Of a stretch of 64,000 nucleotides of DNA, positions 1 through 10,138 are shown one piece after another. Within the stretch, counting starts at the first letter, position 1, and every line of letters begins with the position of its first letter. The stretch is from an uncultured Solirubrobacterales bacterium (GTDB taxonomy: Bacteria; Actinomycetota; Thermoleophilia; Solirubrobacterales; Solirubrobacteraceae), in contig CAWAUJ010000002.1 in the NCBI GenBank assembly GCA_963785205.1, positions 37,436 through 101,435 on the forward strand. Reading direction: 5' to 3'. Position numbers and translations under genes: made by a program. A model generated the notes under the pieces. The model was not told where the DNA came from. It worked only from the letters and a program-made list of their open reading frames with translations, and did no database searches.

Positions 1-624
1 ACCGTCGAGCCGCTGGCCATCGGCGACGGCTCCTACACGTTTGCCGTCAAGGGCGACGGCGCGTACTCGGTGTTCAAGTTTGAGGGCGGCACCCACCGGG
101 TCCAGCGTGTGCCGGAGACCGAGTCCCAGGGGCGCATCCACACCTCCACGGCCACGGTGGCCGTGCTCCCTGAAGCCGAGGAGGTGGAGGTGGAGATCGA
201 TCCCGGCGAGCTTCAGATCGACGTGTACCGGAGCACCGGCCCGGGGGGGCAGTCCGTCAACACGACCGATTCGGCCGTCCGGATCACCCACAAGCCCACA
301 GGCATGGTGGTTTCGATGCAGGACGAGAAATCCCAGCTTCAAAACCGAGAGCGGGCCATGCGGGTGCTGCGGGCGCGCCTCTACGAGCGAGCCCTGGCCG
401 AGCAGCAGGCCGAGCTTGCCGCCTCACGTCAGGCGCAGGTCGGTAAGGGCGAGCGGGCCGAGAAGATCCGGACCTACAACTTCCCTGAGAACCGGGTCAA
501 GGATCACCGCGTCAACCTTCTGTCACACAACCTGGACGGGATCCTCGTCGGCGAGCTCGACGAGATCACGGGCGCGCTCCAGGACGACGAGAAGCGTCGG
601 CGGTTGGAGGAGAGCACGGTGTGA
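1..624 (+). CDS. prfA: peptide chain release factor 1, C-terminal part (5' end lies outside the window)
   Basis: Open from base 1 in frame 1. Class-I RF motifs [27 protein letters not shown] and [24 protein letters not shown] (GGQ). 4-nt overlap with the downstream prmC. Confidence 0.95.
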   Translation, partial: TVEPLAIGDGSYTFAVKGDGAYSVFKFEGGTHRVQRVPETESQGRIHTSTATVAVLPEAEEVEVEIDPGELQIDVYRSTGPGGQSVNTTDSAVRITHKPTGMVVSMQDEKSQLQNRERAMRVLRARLYERALAEQQAELAASRQAQVGKGERAEKIRTYNFPENRVKDHRVNLLSHNLDGILVGELDEITGALQDDEKRRRLEESTV

Positions 625-1472
625 CGGGGCTGGCGGCGGCCACGCTCAGCGTGGCCCGAGCGCTGGATGACGCGACCGCAAAGCTGAGCTCGGCGGGCGT
701 CGATTCGCCGCGACTTGACGCGGAGCTGCTCTTGGCCGAGGTCCTGGGCGTGGCTCGCCATCGGCTTGTGGTAGACGCCCGGGAGGCGGTCGAGCCGATG
801 GCCCTGGCCCGGTTCGAGGCGCTGGTCGAACGCCGGGCGGCCCGTGAGCCGGTGGCCTACATCCTCGGGCGCAAGCCGTTCCGGCAGATCGAGCTGGCCG
901 TCGACCGGCGGGTGCTGATTCCGCGGCCGGAGACCGAGCTGCTGGTAGACGTTGGGCTGACGTTGCCCGAGGGCGCGCGAGTCGTGGACGTTGGCACCGG
1001 TAGCGGGGCGGTGGCCGTGGCCTTGAAAGACGAACGCCCGGACCTCTCTGTTGTCGGGACCGATGTCAGCGCGGATGCTCTGGCAGTGGCTCGGGCCAAC
1101 GCGGCTCGGCTCGGGCTGGAGGTCGAGTTCGTGCAAGCTGATCTCTTAGTGGGGTTGGGCGGGCGGTTCGATGCCGTGCTGGCCAACCTGCCCTACGTGG
1201 CCGACGGATTTGACCTTGCACCGGAGATCTCGCGCTACGAGCCGGTTGAGGCGCTGTTCGCGGGACCGGACGGACTGGGCCTCATCCGGCGCCTGATCGG
1301 GCAGCTCGACGGTGTGGCGAGCGCCGCGCTGGAGATCGGGTTCGGCCAGGCGGCGGCGGTCGACGAGCTGCTGCGCGGAGCGGGATTTGAGTCCGTCGAA
1401 CGCCGGGCGGACCTGGCCGGTCACGCTCGCGTGCTCGTCGGGCGGCGTGATAGCCTCGCCGACGAGGTGTGA
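621..1472 (+). CDS. prmC: release factor glutamine N5-methyltransferase (HemK/PrmC)
   Basis: 283-aa ORF directly after prfA. SAM-binding [13 protein letters not shown] and NPPY-type NLPYV motif. Confidence 0.9.
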   Translation: MTGLAAATLSVARALDDATAKLSSAGVDSPRLDAELLLAEVLGVARHRLVVDAREAVEPMALARFEALVERRAAREPVAYILGRKPFRQIELAVDRRVLIPRPETELLVDVGLTLPEGARVVDVGTGSGAVAVALKDERPDLSVVGTDVSADALAVARANAARLGLEVEFVQADLLVGLGGRFDAVLANLPYVADGFDLAPEISRYEPVEALFAGPDGLGLIRRLIGQLDGVASAALEIGFGQAAAVDELLRGAGFESVERRADLAGHARVLVGRRDSLADEV

Positions 1473-1479
1473 GCCAACC

Positions 1480-3054
1480 ATGGCGGTGGCGAGGATGGGC
1501 CTGAGCAGGTGGCTGGTGAGACGGTTTGCCTTTGCGGCTGTGGCCGTCATCGGTCCGTTTGCGTTACCGGCGGTCGCGCATGCGGCCACTCACTATGCGG
1601 CGCCGAACGGCGTCACCACGGGTAGCTGCTCCACGCCGCAAACGGCGTGCGAGATCCATTACGCGATCGGCACCGCCCCGCAGGCCAACGGCGACCAGGT
1701 CATCGTTCTGCCGGGCAAGTATCAGGCGGGCACCAGCTCGATCGTCGCCAGCATGGCGATCTCGATCCACGGCGAGGCCGGTAAGCCGATGCCGGTGATC
1801 GAGGGGAGCACAGTCATCAGTGGCAATGACGCCGGGCTGCTCCAGCTCGATGGCGGTCCAGGCACGAAGGTGAGCGATCTGAAGCTGGTGCAGAGCGGCA
1901 GCAACGGACCTCCCGTCGCGTTGTATGACTCCGCCGGAGGCGCGCACATCGATCGCGTATTCGTGGTCTTGGCTTCGGGCGCCACGGGCGTCGCCGTCCT
2001 GCTTGGAAACGGGAGCGTGCTGTCAGACAGCGTCGCCTGGGCTCAATCCCCATCCGCGCAGGAAGACGTCGCCTTGTCGGGGTTCGCGAACGGGCAGGTG
2101 AACGCGCGAGTCGAGAACGTCACCGCGTGGGGCGGCGATGCCGCGATCGCGGCCACGAATCTGGGTTCAGGTTCGGTAGCCCTCACGGTCGAGAACTCGA
2201 CCGCACATGGCACAACCTATGACCTCGCGGCCAACGCAACAATGTCTGGGACTGCATCGATTTCCGCGGACCACTCCAATTACTCCCTCACCACGGGGAC
2301 GATCAACAACGCGGGTCAAAACCAGGCATCCCCGCCCAAGCTGGTTGCCCCCAACGCGGGCAACTTCCGTGAGTTGAAGTCCTCCCCAACCGTCGACGCC
2401 GGAATCGACAGCAGGTTCGTGGGGCGCAAGGACCTTAGCGGTCTGCCCCGCGTGCTCGGCAGGGCGCCGGACATTGGCGCCTACGAGCTTCCGGCGCCGT
2501 CAGTGGCTACCGGAGCCGGCCGCAGGGCAGGCCGCTCAGTGGTCCTCAGTGGCACTGTTAACCCCGAGGGGCTGAGGGTGACCTCCTGCCGGTTCGAGTA
2601 CGGGACCACCGCCGCGTTGGGCTCGATGGTGTCCTGCGCCCGGACTGTGGGCTCCGGAAAGGCTCCGGTCGCCGTCTCTGCCCGGCTGACCGGGCTCGCA
2701 CCGGGAACCTATGACTACAGGCTCGTCGCGACGAACACCGACGGGACCACCCCCGGGGCCGTCCGCCAATTCGTCGTTCCCGCGCCGCCGGAAATGCTGT
2801 CCTCCCCGCACATGACCGGCAGCGGCAGGGTGGGGACCAAGCTCGTCTGCACCCACGGAACGTGGACCGGACGCCCCGCGTTCTCCTACGCATGGCTCCG
2901 CGACGGCCGGCCGATTGACGGAGCGCGGAGCAGTGCTCACAGCGTGACCTCGGCCGACGCTGGCCACGCCATCCAGTGCAGCGTGAGCGCCACCAACGCG
3001 GGTGGGTCGGTGACGGCGCTGAGTAATGCCGTGGTCGGCAAGCCGCACGCGTGA
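1480..3054 (+). CDS. secreted right-handed beta-helix-like protein with C-terminal Ig-like repeats (hypothetical)
   Basis: The ORF track starts at 1312 inside prmC. A plausible start is ATG 1480 (MAVARMGLSRWLVRRFAFAAVAVIGPFALPAVAHA, signal-peptide like). Gly/Ala/Asn-rich repetitive middle, a DIGAYEL motif, then a two-Cys Ig-like repeat (LVCTHGTWTG...YAWLRDGRPI...IQCSVSATNAGG). Confidence 0.6.
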   Translation: MAVARMGLSRWLVRRFAFAAVAVIGPFALPAVAHAATHYAAPNGVTTGSCSTPQTACEIHYAIGTAPQANGDQVIVLPGKYQAGTSSIVASMAISIHGEAGKPMPVIEGSTVISGNDAGLLQLDGGPGTKVSDLKLVQSGSNGPPVALYDSAGGAHIDRVFVVLASGATGVAVLLGNGSVLSDSVAWAQSPSAQEDVALSGFANGQVNARVENVTAWGGDAAIAATNLGSGSVALTVENSTAHGTTYDLAANATMSGTASISADHSNYSLTTGTINNAGQNQASPPKLVAPNAGNFRELKSSPTVDAGIDSRFVGRKDLSGLPRVLGRAPDIGAYELPAPSVATGAGRRAGRSVVLSGTVNPEGLRVTSCRFEYGTTAALGSMVSCARTVGSGKAPVAVSARLTGLAPGTYDYRLVATNTDGTTPGAVRQFVVPAPPEMLSSPHMTGSGRVGTKLVCTHGTWTGRPAFSYAWLRDGRPIDGARSSAHSVTSADAGHAIQCSVSATNAGGSVTALSNAVVGKPHA

Positions 3055-3067
3055 GTCCCTGCCGTAG

Positions 3068-3670
3068 GTGACTGACGCCGCGGACTTCGAGCGCTGCCTG
3101 GCCGATGGTGGGGTGGTGGTGTTCCCCGCTGACACGGTGTACGGCCTGGCCTGCGACCCGCTGAACGCGGAGGCCGTGGAGCGGCTTTACGGCCTCAAGC
3201 GGCGGGCGCTCGGTAAGCCGAGTGCCGTGATGTTCTTTGCTGTCGAGCAAGCGCTGGAATCGCTGCCCGAGCTTGGCGATAGGACCCGTGAGGCCATGGC
3301 CCGGCTGCTGCCCGGGGGTCTGACGCTGCTCGTGCCCAACCCGACGCGCCGTTTCCCATTGGCCTGTGGCGAGGACCCGGCGTCGCTCGGTGTCAGGGTC
3401 CCCGCGCTCCGCTGGGCGGCCGGGGTGAGACGCCCGGTTCTGCAGTCCAGCGCCAACCTCGCCGGCCGCCCAGATCCGCGGCGTTTGGCGGACGTGCCCG
3501 ACTCGATCGGCGCTGGCGCCGACCTGATGATCGATCACGGCGAGCTCCCGGGAACCTCCTCGACCGTGGTCGATCTGCGCTCGTACGACGAGAACGGCTC
3601 CTGGTCTGTCGCACGGTCCGGAGCAGTGGACACCGAGCAGTTGGTTTCAATCCTCGGGCCCAAGCCTTAA
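3068..3670 (+). CDS. tsaC: L-threonylcarbamoyladenylate synthase (YrdC/YwlC/Sua5-domain protein)
   Basis: 200-aa ORF with GTG start. VVFPADTVYGLACDP and SSANLAGRP motifs typical of the YrdC fold. Conserved position downstream of prfA-prmC. Confidence 0.8.
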   Translation: MTDAADFERCLADGGVVVFPADTVYGLACDPLNAEAVERLYGLKRRALGKPSAVMFFAVEQALESLPELGDRTREAMARLLPGGLTLLVPNPTRRFPLACGEDPASLGVRVPALRWAAGVRRPVLQSSANLAGRPDPRRLADVPDSIGAGADLMIDHGELPGTSSTVVDLRSYDENGSWSVARSGAVDTEQLVSILGPKP

Positions 3671-3680
3671 GCTCCCGTCC

Positions 3681-4742
3681 ATGGCGAGGAGAGCGAGGAT
3701 CGTGGGGCCGGTGCTGGTGGGCGCGCTGCTTCTTGCCGGCTGCGGGGGAGGCGGCGGGTCGACCTCTCACGCCGCCACGACCTTGACCGGTGCGCTCGGC
3801 ACCGTCCAGGACTCGAGCTACGCGCGGACGTACCTCGAGTGGAGCGACCTGGCGGCCGTCAGGAAGCTGGCCGGGTTGCCGTCGAGCGCAAAGCAATATT
3901 CGGGCCGCGGGGTCTCGCGGCGCTGGATCAATGTCTTTGGGGTGGGAACGGACGGGCTGGGTGCCCTTGAGCCGGCCATCACCTCGAAGACGTCGATCGA
4001 CTTCCTGGCCGCCCAGAGCGCGATCGGCATCGGCGAGCCGCCCGACCACGCGATGCGAATCGATGGCTCCGGAGTCGACGCCGCGGCGGTCACGCATTCT
4101 CTGTTGGCGCTCGGAGCGAAACGTGAGTCCTCGGCCGGGAGGACGTTCCTTTCGATGGGCGCTCAGCACACGGTCAACCTCAACAGCCCCCTGGTCAAAC
4201 TCGGAGTTGTCAATCAGCTGGACCGCGTCGTGGCCAGTGGGCACACGGTGGCCGGGGGGTCGGCGACCGGACCGGTCAATGCCCTGTTTGGTGGTGGACG
4301 TCCGCTGAGTGCCGACCCCGCCTATACGGCAGCGGCCAGCTGCCTGGGCAACGTGATCGTGGCTGTGATGGCGCCGCCCGCCAAGCTCAACGCGGCCACG
4401 CCGGCCGAGCTCTTGGCCGTCGGCGTCCTGAAGCCACCTTCACCCACCGCTCCGGTCAAGGAGGTGCTCTGCGCCGTTGACACCTCCACCCAGGTGGCAC
4501 AGCAGCAGGCGACCCGGATGAAGGCTGTCCTGGGGCCGGCCGGCCGGGTCAGGGCGCTGCCCCCGCCAAGTTCGACGGTGCAATCGGTCGCGGTCAAAGA
4601 CATAAAGAACAACGGCTTTACCGTTATGCAGGGCACCGTCACCCTGAAGCCGACGGTGTCCGCTGGCTTTCTCTATCAAGCAGTGAGCAACGCAACGATC
4701 GGCCTCCTCCTCGGCGCCGAGATCCACCCGCAGGCCAGCTAG
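3681..4742 (+). CDS. hypothetical lipoprotein
   Basis: N-terminus MARRARIVGPVLVGALLLAGCGGGGG (lipobox LAGC). I recognise no family. Confidence 0.55.
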   Translation: MARRARIVGPVLVGALLLAGCGGGGGSTSHAATTLTGALGTVQDSSYARTYLEWSDLAAVRKLAGLPSSAKQYSGRGVSRRWINVFGVGTDGLGALEPAITSKTSIDFLAAQSAIGIGEPPDHAMRIDGSGVDAAAVTHSLLALGAKRESSAGRTFLSMGAQHTVNLNSPLVKLGVVNQLDRVVASGHTVAGGSATGPVNALFGGGRPLSADPAYTAAASCLGNVIVAVMAPPAKLNAATPAELLAVGVLKPPSPTAPVKEVLCAVDTSTQVAQQQATRMKAVLGPAGRVRALPPPSSTVQSVAVKDIKNNGFTVMQGTVTLKPTVSAGFLYQAVSNATIGLLLGAEIHPQAS

Positions 4743-4760
4743 CGGGCAGCTCGCCGGCGG

Positions 4761-5438
4761 TCAGCCGCTCAGCTGGTCGAAGTAGCGCTCGAACAGGACT
4801 CTGGCCGCGTCGTCGGCCTGGCTATCGCGCTCGCGGGTCTCGGCCAGCAGGGCTTCGGCGTCGATATTTCGCAGCGCGAGCGTCCTGCGGTCGACCTCCA
4901 GCCACTGCTCGATCATGTCCGCCGTCGCCTCGGGATGAAACTGAATCCCCAGATGCCGGCCCCGGGAGAACGCCTGGGGCGCCTCGTCCGTCCAGGCCAG
5001 GGGAACCGCTTCCGGCGGCCAGTCAAATGTGTCCTGGTGCCAGGTGAGCCACGGGCCCGGCGGGATCCAGGCCGCCGCCTCGGAGCGAGCAATCATCTTC
5101 CACCCCACCTCGGGCGCGTCGGCCTTGTGCACCTCCGAGCCGAGTGCGCGAGCCAGCATCTGTGCGCCGAAGCAGATCCCCAGGATCGGCACATCTGATT
5201 CGACCGCCCGGCGCACATACTCGTGCTCCTGGGCCACCCAGGGCACGGAGTCGTCATAGGCCGAGTCATCGGAGCCCAAGACGATGGCGAGGTCGTACTG
5301 CCCGGGCTCTCCGAGCGACCCGATTTCGTTAGGCGTCACGATCTCGGCCGAGATTCCCCGTGAGGCCATCGGTCCCTCGACGCGAGCCAGCGGGCAGCTG
5401 GGGTCGTTCTCAAAGACGAGTGCCTTCATCGTCTCCAT
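4761..5438 (-). CDS. class I glutamine amidotransferase-like protein (GuaA-type GATase1)
   Basis: 225 aa. Nucleophile elbow ILGICFGAQMLA and HxE-like GIQFHPE near the C-terminus. Confidence 0.75.
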   Translation of the reverse strand: METMKALVFENDPSCPLARVEGPMASRGISAEIVTPNEIGSLGEPGQYDLAIVLGSDDSAYDDSVPWVAQEHEYVRRAVESDVPILGICFGAQMLARALGSEVHKADAPEVGWKMIARSEAAAWIPPGPWLTWHQDTFDWPPEAVPLAWTDEAPQAFSRGRHLGIQFHPEATADMIEQWLEVDRRTLALRNIDAEALLAETRERDSQADDAARVLFERYFDQLSG

Positions 5439-5564
5439 GGTAAGCCGGCCTCGGCCCGATCCTCGAGCTTGCGCGAGTACTCTGGGCCGACTGCTCTGGT
5501 GGCTCCATCTGGCGGCCGACGGAGGCCGCTGCGTTCGCCATGATCTCGAAACAAGGAGGGACCG

Positions 5565-5963
5565 ATGATTAGAAGGACCGTGCTACTTCTGCTGGTCGCT
5601 GGATCGATCGCTGGATTGACGGCGGGTTGCGGAGGCAGCTCCAACAACAACTCGAGCACGCCTTCGGCATCCACGGGGACCGGCACTTCTGGCGCCAGCA
5701 CAAGCGGCGGTGGCGCTTCCAGCAATCCGGCCGTTCAGGCGGCCGTGGCGCAATGCAAGCAGCGCATCAACGCCGCGTCGAAGGTCTCGTCCAGCCTAAA
5801 GGCGAAGCTCGTGAAGCTCTGCGATGCCGCAGCTTCCGGAAATCCGGCTCAAGCCAAGAAGGTCGGCGTGCAGGTCTGCAAGGAGATCGTCGCCTCAGAG
5901 CTGCCGAGCGTTACTCCATCAGCCATCAAGAACAAGGCGCTGGCGCAATGCAATAACGCCTAG
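5565..5963 (+). CDS. small hypothetical lipoprotein
   Basis: AAGGAGGG Shine-Dalgarno before the ATG. Signal peptide plus lipobox (LTAGCGG), a Ser/Gly/Thr-rich linker and four Cys in the C-terminal half. Confidence 0.55.
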   Translation: MIRRTVLLLLVAGSIAGLTAGCGGSSNNNSSTPSASTGTGTSGASTSGGGASSNPAVQAAVAQCKQRINAASKVSSSLKAKLVKLCDAAASGNPAQAKKVGVQVCKEIVASELPSVTPSAIKNKALAQCNNA

Positions 5964-5989
5964 CAGTTGCGCATCTGGCGGCCCGCCGG

Positions 5990-6424
5990 CTACGACTCCG
6001 CGGGTGGGCTCCAGATGATCTCCCAGAGGTGGCCATCGGGATCGCGGAAGTAGCCCGAGTAAATACCCCAGGGACGCTCGTGCGGCGGGTCGGTCACGGT
6101 GGCGCCGGCGTCCTCGGCGGTTGACAGCACCGCATCGACCTCGTCACGGCTCGACACGATCTGGCCGATGCTGAACTCCCCGGTCTTGGGCGGACCGGGC
6201 TCCATCGCAGCGTCCTTGGCCAGTTCGGTCCGTGGGTAGAGCGCCAGCTTTGCCCCGCCGTCGAGGTCGAACATCACGACGGCCCCAGCGGGGGTCGCCT
6301 CGTCGCCGGGCCACTGCGTCCCCACGATCCCTGACGTCTCCAGGCCAAGCCCGTCGCGGTAGAAAGTGAGCGCCCGCTCGAGGTCCTCGACGGCGATCGT
6401 GATGACGTCGATGCGTGCGTCCAT
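5990..6424 (-). CDS. VOC (glyoxalase/bleomycin-resistance/dioxygenase) family protein
   Basis: The ORF runs to 6481, but ATG at 6424 ([29 protein letters not shown]) gives the typical VOC N-terminus. C-terminal [11 protein letters not shown] motif. Confidence 0.75.
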   Translation of the reverse strand: MDARIDVITIAVEDLERALTFYRDGLGLETSGIVGTQWPGDEATPAGAVVMFDLDGGAKLALYPRTELAKDAAMEPGPPKTGEFSIGQIVSSRDEVDAVLSTAEDAGATVTDPPHERPWGIYSGYFRDPDGHLWEIIWSPPAES

Positions 6425-6504
6425 GGTCGGGTCGACCCTACTGCGAGGACGCCGGGCGTGTGGGTTGGCAAACCCGGCCACCGCCGCTGGTATCGTCGGC
6501 CTCA

Positions 6505-7800
6505 GTGAGCGTCGAGCTACCCGCTGACTACTTCAACCGGCCCCTGGCCGAGGTGGACCCGGACATCGCCGAGGCCCTGGCCTCCGAGCTCGATCGCCAG
6601 CAACGCACGCTGGAGATGATCGCCTCGGAGAACTTCGTGCCCCTGGCCGTGCTCGAGTGCCAGGGCTCGGTGCTGACCAACAAATACGCCGAGGGCTATC
6701 CGGGGCGGCGTTACTACGGCGGCTGTGAGTTCGTCAACGTGGCCGAGCAGCTGGCCATCGACCGGGCGAAGGAGCTGTTCGGGGCCGAGCACGCGAACGT
6801 CCAGCCCCATTCCGGAGCCACGGCCAACGCCGCCGCGTTCCACGCCCTGATGCAGCCGGGCGACACGCTGATGGGGCTCGAGCTGGCGCACGGCGGCCAC
6901 CTCACCCACGGGATGCGGATCAACTTCTCCGGGCGTCTGTACGAGATCGCCGCTTATCAGGTCGACCGTGAGACGAGCCTGATTGACATGGACGGCGTGC
7001 AGCGCCTGGCCGAGGAGCGCCGGCCGAAGGTGATCCTGGCCGGCTGGTCGGCCTATCCACGCGTTCTTGACTTCAAGCGCTTCCGCGAGATTGCGGACTC
7101 TGTCGATGCCTACCTGGTGGTGGATATGGCCCATTTCGCCGGGTTGGTGGCTGCTGGGCTGCACCCCGACCCCGTCCCATATGCGCACGTCGTGACAACC
7201 ACGACTCATAAGACGATCGGCGGTGGCCGGGGCGGGCTCATCCTGTGCACCGAGGAGCTGGCCAAGAAGATCGACTCCGCCGTGTTTCCGGGCCAGCAGG
7301 GCGGGCCGCTCGAGCACGTCATCGCCGGTAAGGCGGTTGCCCTGCGGATCGCCGCGTCCGAGTCGTTCCGTGAGCGACAGGAGAGGACGCTGGTCGGGGC
7401 AAAGGCGCTGGCCGAGCAGCTGCTCCGGGCCGGCCACGGCGTGAGCGTGCTCACGGGTGGCACGGACGTGCATCTCGTGCTGTGCGACCTTCGTGAGTCT
7501 CCGCTGGACGGCAAGCAGGCTGAGGACCGCTTGGCCGAGGTGGGGATCACCGTCAACCGCAACGCGGTGCCATTCGATCCGCGGCCACCCGCCGTGTCCA
7601 GCGGGCTCCGGATTGGAACCCCGGCGCTGGCCACGCGAGGGCTCGGCGAGGAGGACTTCGTCGAGGTCGGCAAGGTGATCGCGGAGGCGCTGACCGCCGA
7701 GGATTTCGAACAGCGACGCGGCGAGTTGACCGATCGCGCAGCCCACATCGCCGAGCGGTATCCGCTCTACGAGAGCCTCCGGCCCGCGGCCGCTGTCTAG
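6505..7800 (+). CDS. glyA: serine hydroxymethyltransferase
   Basis: Strong SHMT motifs ([37 protein letters not shown]; [16 protein letters not shown] with the PLP lysine). In-frame GTG at 6505 fits the usual N-terminus; the ORF track starts at 6415. Confidence 0.93.
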   Translation: MSVELPADYFNRPLAEVDPDIAEALASELDRQQRTLEMIASENFVPLAVLECQGSVLTNKYAEGYPGRRYYGGCEFVNVAEQLAIDRAKELFGAEHANVQPHSGATANAAAFHALMQPGDTLMGLELAHGGHLTHGMRINFSGRLYEIAAYQVDRETSLIDMDGVQRLAEERRPKVILAGWSAYPRVLDFKRFREIADSVDAYLVVDMAHFAGLVAAGLHPDPVPYAHVVTTTTHKTIGGGRGGLILCTEELAKKIDSAVFPGQQGGPLEHVIAGKAVALRIAASESFRERQERTLVGAKALAEQLLRAGHGVSVLTGGTDVHLVLCDLRESPLDGKQAEDRLAEVGITVNRNAVPFDPRPPAVSSGLRIGTPALATRGLGEEDFVEVGKVIAEALTAEDFEQRRGELTDRAAHIAERYPLYESLRPAAAV

Positions 7801-7805
7801 ATCGC

Positions 7806-8777
7806 GTGCAGCAGGTCAACCTCGGGAGAACCGGTCTGCGGGTGTCCCGGATCTGTCTGGGCATGATGAGCTACGGCCAGCACGAGAGCCGGCCGTGGGC
7901 GCTCGAGGAGAGCGCCGCTGAGCCGATCGTGCGCCGCGCGGTCGAAGGTGGGATCACGTTCTTCGACACCGCCGACGCGTACAACGGCGGCCAGAGCGAG
8001 ATTGTGACCGGCCGGCTGCTCGGCAAGCTCTTCGGCACGCGGGAGGAGTACGTCCTGGCCACCAAGGTGTACATGCGCACCATGCCCGGCCCGAATGGCG
8101 AGGGGCTCTCCCGGAAGCACATCATGGCCTCGATCGACGCCTCGCTTGGCCGTTTGGGACTCGACTACGTCGACCTCTACCAGATCCATCGCTGGGATCG
8201 GAAGACACCGATCGAGGAAACGATGGACGCACTGCACGACGTCGTCAAATCGGGCAAGGCGCGGTACATCGGAGCCAGCAGCATGTTCGCGTGGCAGTTC
8301 GCCAAAGCGCAGCGTGTGGCGCAGACCCCGTTCGTCTCGATGCAGAACCACTACAACCTGATCTACCGCGAGGAGGAGCGGGAGATGATCCCGCTGTGCC
8401 TGGATCAAGGCGTCGGGGTTATTCCTTGGAGCCCGCTGGCCCGGGGCCTGCTCGCCGGGAACCGCACTCGAGGGGGAGCCAAGAAGACGACTCGCGCGGA
8501 GACCGACGCCTTCGCCGATCATCTCTACAAGCCCGACATCGACTTCGATGTGATCGATCGGCTGGGTGACGTGGCGGCTGAGCGCGGCGCTCCTTCGGCT
8601 CAGGTCGCGCTGTCCTGGCTCCTCGACAAGCCGGGCGTGACCGCGCCGATCGTGGGGGCGACCAAGCTCGAGCATCTCGAGGACGCCCTGGCGGCAGAGG
8701 GGCTATCGCTCAGCGGGCAGGAGATCGGCCGGCTCGAGGAGCGCTACCTTCCGCACGCGGTCGCTGGGCACGCTTAG
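7806..8777 (+). CDS. aldo/keto reductase family oxidoreductase
   Basis: 323 aa with GTG start. N-terminus LGRTGLRVSRICLGMMSYG, then FFDTADAYNGGQSE and LDYVDLYQIHRWD, typical of the AKR family. Confidence 0.85.
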   Translation: MQQVNLGRTGLRVSRICLGMMSYGQHESRPWALEESAAEPIVRRAVEGGITFFDTADAYNGGQSEIVTGRLLGKLFGTREEYVLATKVYMRTMPGPNGEGLSRKHIMASIDASLGRLGLDYVDLYQIHRWDRKTPIEETMDALHDVVKSGKARYIGASSMFAWQFAKAQRVAQTPFVSMQNHYNLIYREEEREMIPLCLDQGVGVIPWSPLARGLLAGNRTRGGAKKTTRAETDAFADHLYKPDIDFDVIDRLGDVAAERGAPSAQVALSWLLDKPGVTAPIVGATKLEHLEDALAAEGLSLSGQEIGRLEERYLPHAVAGHA

Positions 8778-8815
8778 CGCCTGCTGGCCTGCCCGGCTGC
8801 CATCCTTCCCGGTGG

Positions 8816-10138
8816 ATGTCACACCTGGATGCGCTGTATGCCTTCTTGGTGGCGATGGGTTTGGCCACCGTGCTGACACCGCTGGCTGGGCGTTTGGCCC
8901 TGCGGGTGGGTGCCGTGGCCAGGCCGAGCGAGCGGGGCCTGGCCGAGCGCACGACTCCGGTCCTGGGCGGCCTGGCGATTCTGGTGGCGGTGATCGTGGC
9001 CGGGGTGATCTGGATGCCCCACATCATCAGGCTGCATCCCCCGCCCCACGCGGCCAAGGGAACCCACTTCGGAGGGACTGTTCACACCTGGGCGATCCTG
9101 GCCGGAGCGCTCGTGATCGCGCTGGTGGGCGCGGTGGACGACATTCGCGAGCTTCCACCGCTGGGCAAGCTCGTCGGCCAGATCGTGGCCGCGGTGATCG
9201 TGGTCGAGGGCGGCGCGGTCGTCACCGACGTTACGGTCCCGTTCCTCGGCGCACTCCAGTTCCCCAACACGGGCGGCTTTCTGACCGTCCTGTGGCTGGT
9301 GGGCGTGATGAACGTGGTCAACTTCTCCGATGGCGTGGACGGGCTGGCCGCGGGCCTGTGCGCCATCGATGGGATCGCGTTCTCGATCATCGCGTTCGAC
9401 CTGCACGTGGCCGGAGCCGCGATCCTGGCCGCCCTGACCGCCGGCGCCGCGCTCGGATTCCTGTTCAGGAATTTCTATCCGGCCTCGGTTTTCATGGGCG
9501 ACTCAGGTTCGAACCTGCTGGGTTACCTGCTCGGCGTGGCGGCGGTTGTCGGATCGCTGAAGACGCCCGTGGTCGTCGCCCTGGTCGTCCCGCTGATTGT
9601 GCTGGCGGTGCCGTTCCTGGACACGAGCTTCGTGATCGCCAAGCGGCTCAAGTACCGACGCAAACCCTGGCTGGCCGACGCCAACCACTTCCACCACCGA
9701 ATGGCTCGGATCGGATTCAGCCAGCGCCGGACGGTGGCTTATCTGTACAGCTGGACGTTCCTCCTGGCCGGCGTGGCCGTGGCGCTGCGCTTCGTTCCCT
9801 ATTCGGTCCACCACAACGGCCATCATCACTATCAGCCGGTCTGGTTAGCGGTGATGATCTTGCTCGGTCTGCTGGCGATCGCTGCCAGCGTCTATCTGGT
9901 GTACGTACTTGAGATCTTCCGCTTCAAGGTCCGGCGTACGCGAGAGATCAAGCGCCAGGATCCCGCGACCGCCGAGCACGAGATCGTCGAGCGGGTCACG
10001 CGGGACGTCGAGACGGGCGAATTCGAGACCGTGAGCCCTCCAGACGGCGACGGGCGCGAGGGTCGCAACCCGACCGCCGACGCTCGCGCGGCCCACGAGC
10101 CGGGGACGGGCGAGTACGAGACGGTGGGGGGTGGCTGA
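8816..10138 (+). CDS. MraY/WecA-family (glycosyltransferase family 4) polyprenyl-phosphate sugar-1-phosphate transferase
   Basis: Polytopic membrane protein with VDDIRELPP, NVVNFSDGVDGLAAG and FMGDSGSNLLGY motifs. Same position as rfe/wecA before the atp operon in actinobacteria. Acidic C-terminal tail. Confidence 0.85.
   Translation: MSHLDALYAFLVAMGLATVLTPLAGRLALRVGAVARPSERGLAERTTPVLGGLAILVAVIVAGVIWMPHIIRLHPPPHAAKGTHFGGTVHTWAILAGALVIALVGAVDDIRELPPLGKLVGQIVAAVIVVEGGAVVTDVTVPFLGALQFPNTGGFLTVLWLVGVMNVVNFSDGVDGLAAGLCAIDGIAFSIIAFDLHVAGAAILAALTAGAALGFLFRNFYPASVFMGDSGSNLLGYLLGVAAVVGSLKTPVVVALVVPLIVLAVPFLDTSFVIAKRLKYRRKPWLADANHFHHRMARIGFSQRRTVAYLYSWTFLLAGVAVALRFVPYSVHHNGHHHYQPVWLAVMILLGLLAIAASVYLVYVLEIFRFKVRRTREIKRQDPATAEHEIVERVTRDVETGEFETVSPPDGDGREGRNPTADARAAHEPGTGEYETVGGG

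Noticed and set aside
6517-7746. Long antisense or alternative-frame ORFs overlapping recognised genes. Examples: 6517..7746(-) over glyA, 20582..21592(-) over atpD, 25717..26667(-) over the M20 peptidase, 48743..50047(-) over secA, 55241..56968(+) over the PQQ-DH-like gene, and 26516..28105(+) over LCP.
   Set aside because: Their translations are Arg/Pro/Gly/Ala-rich low-complexity strings with no recognisable motifs. They lie opposite or out of frame to genes with strong family signatures. This is the typical shadow-ORF artefact of high-GC DNA, where stop codons are rare.
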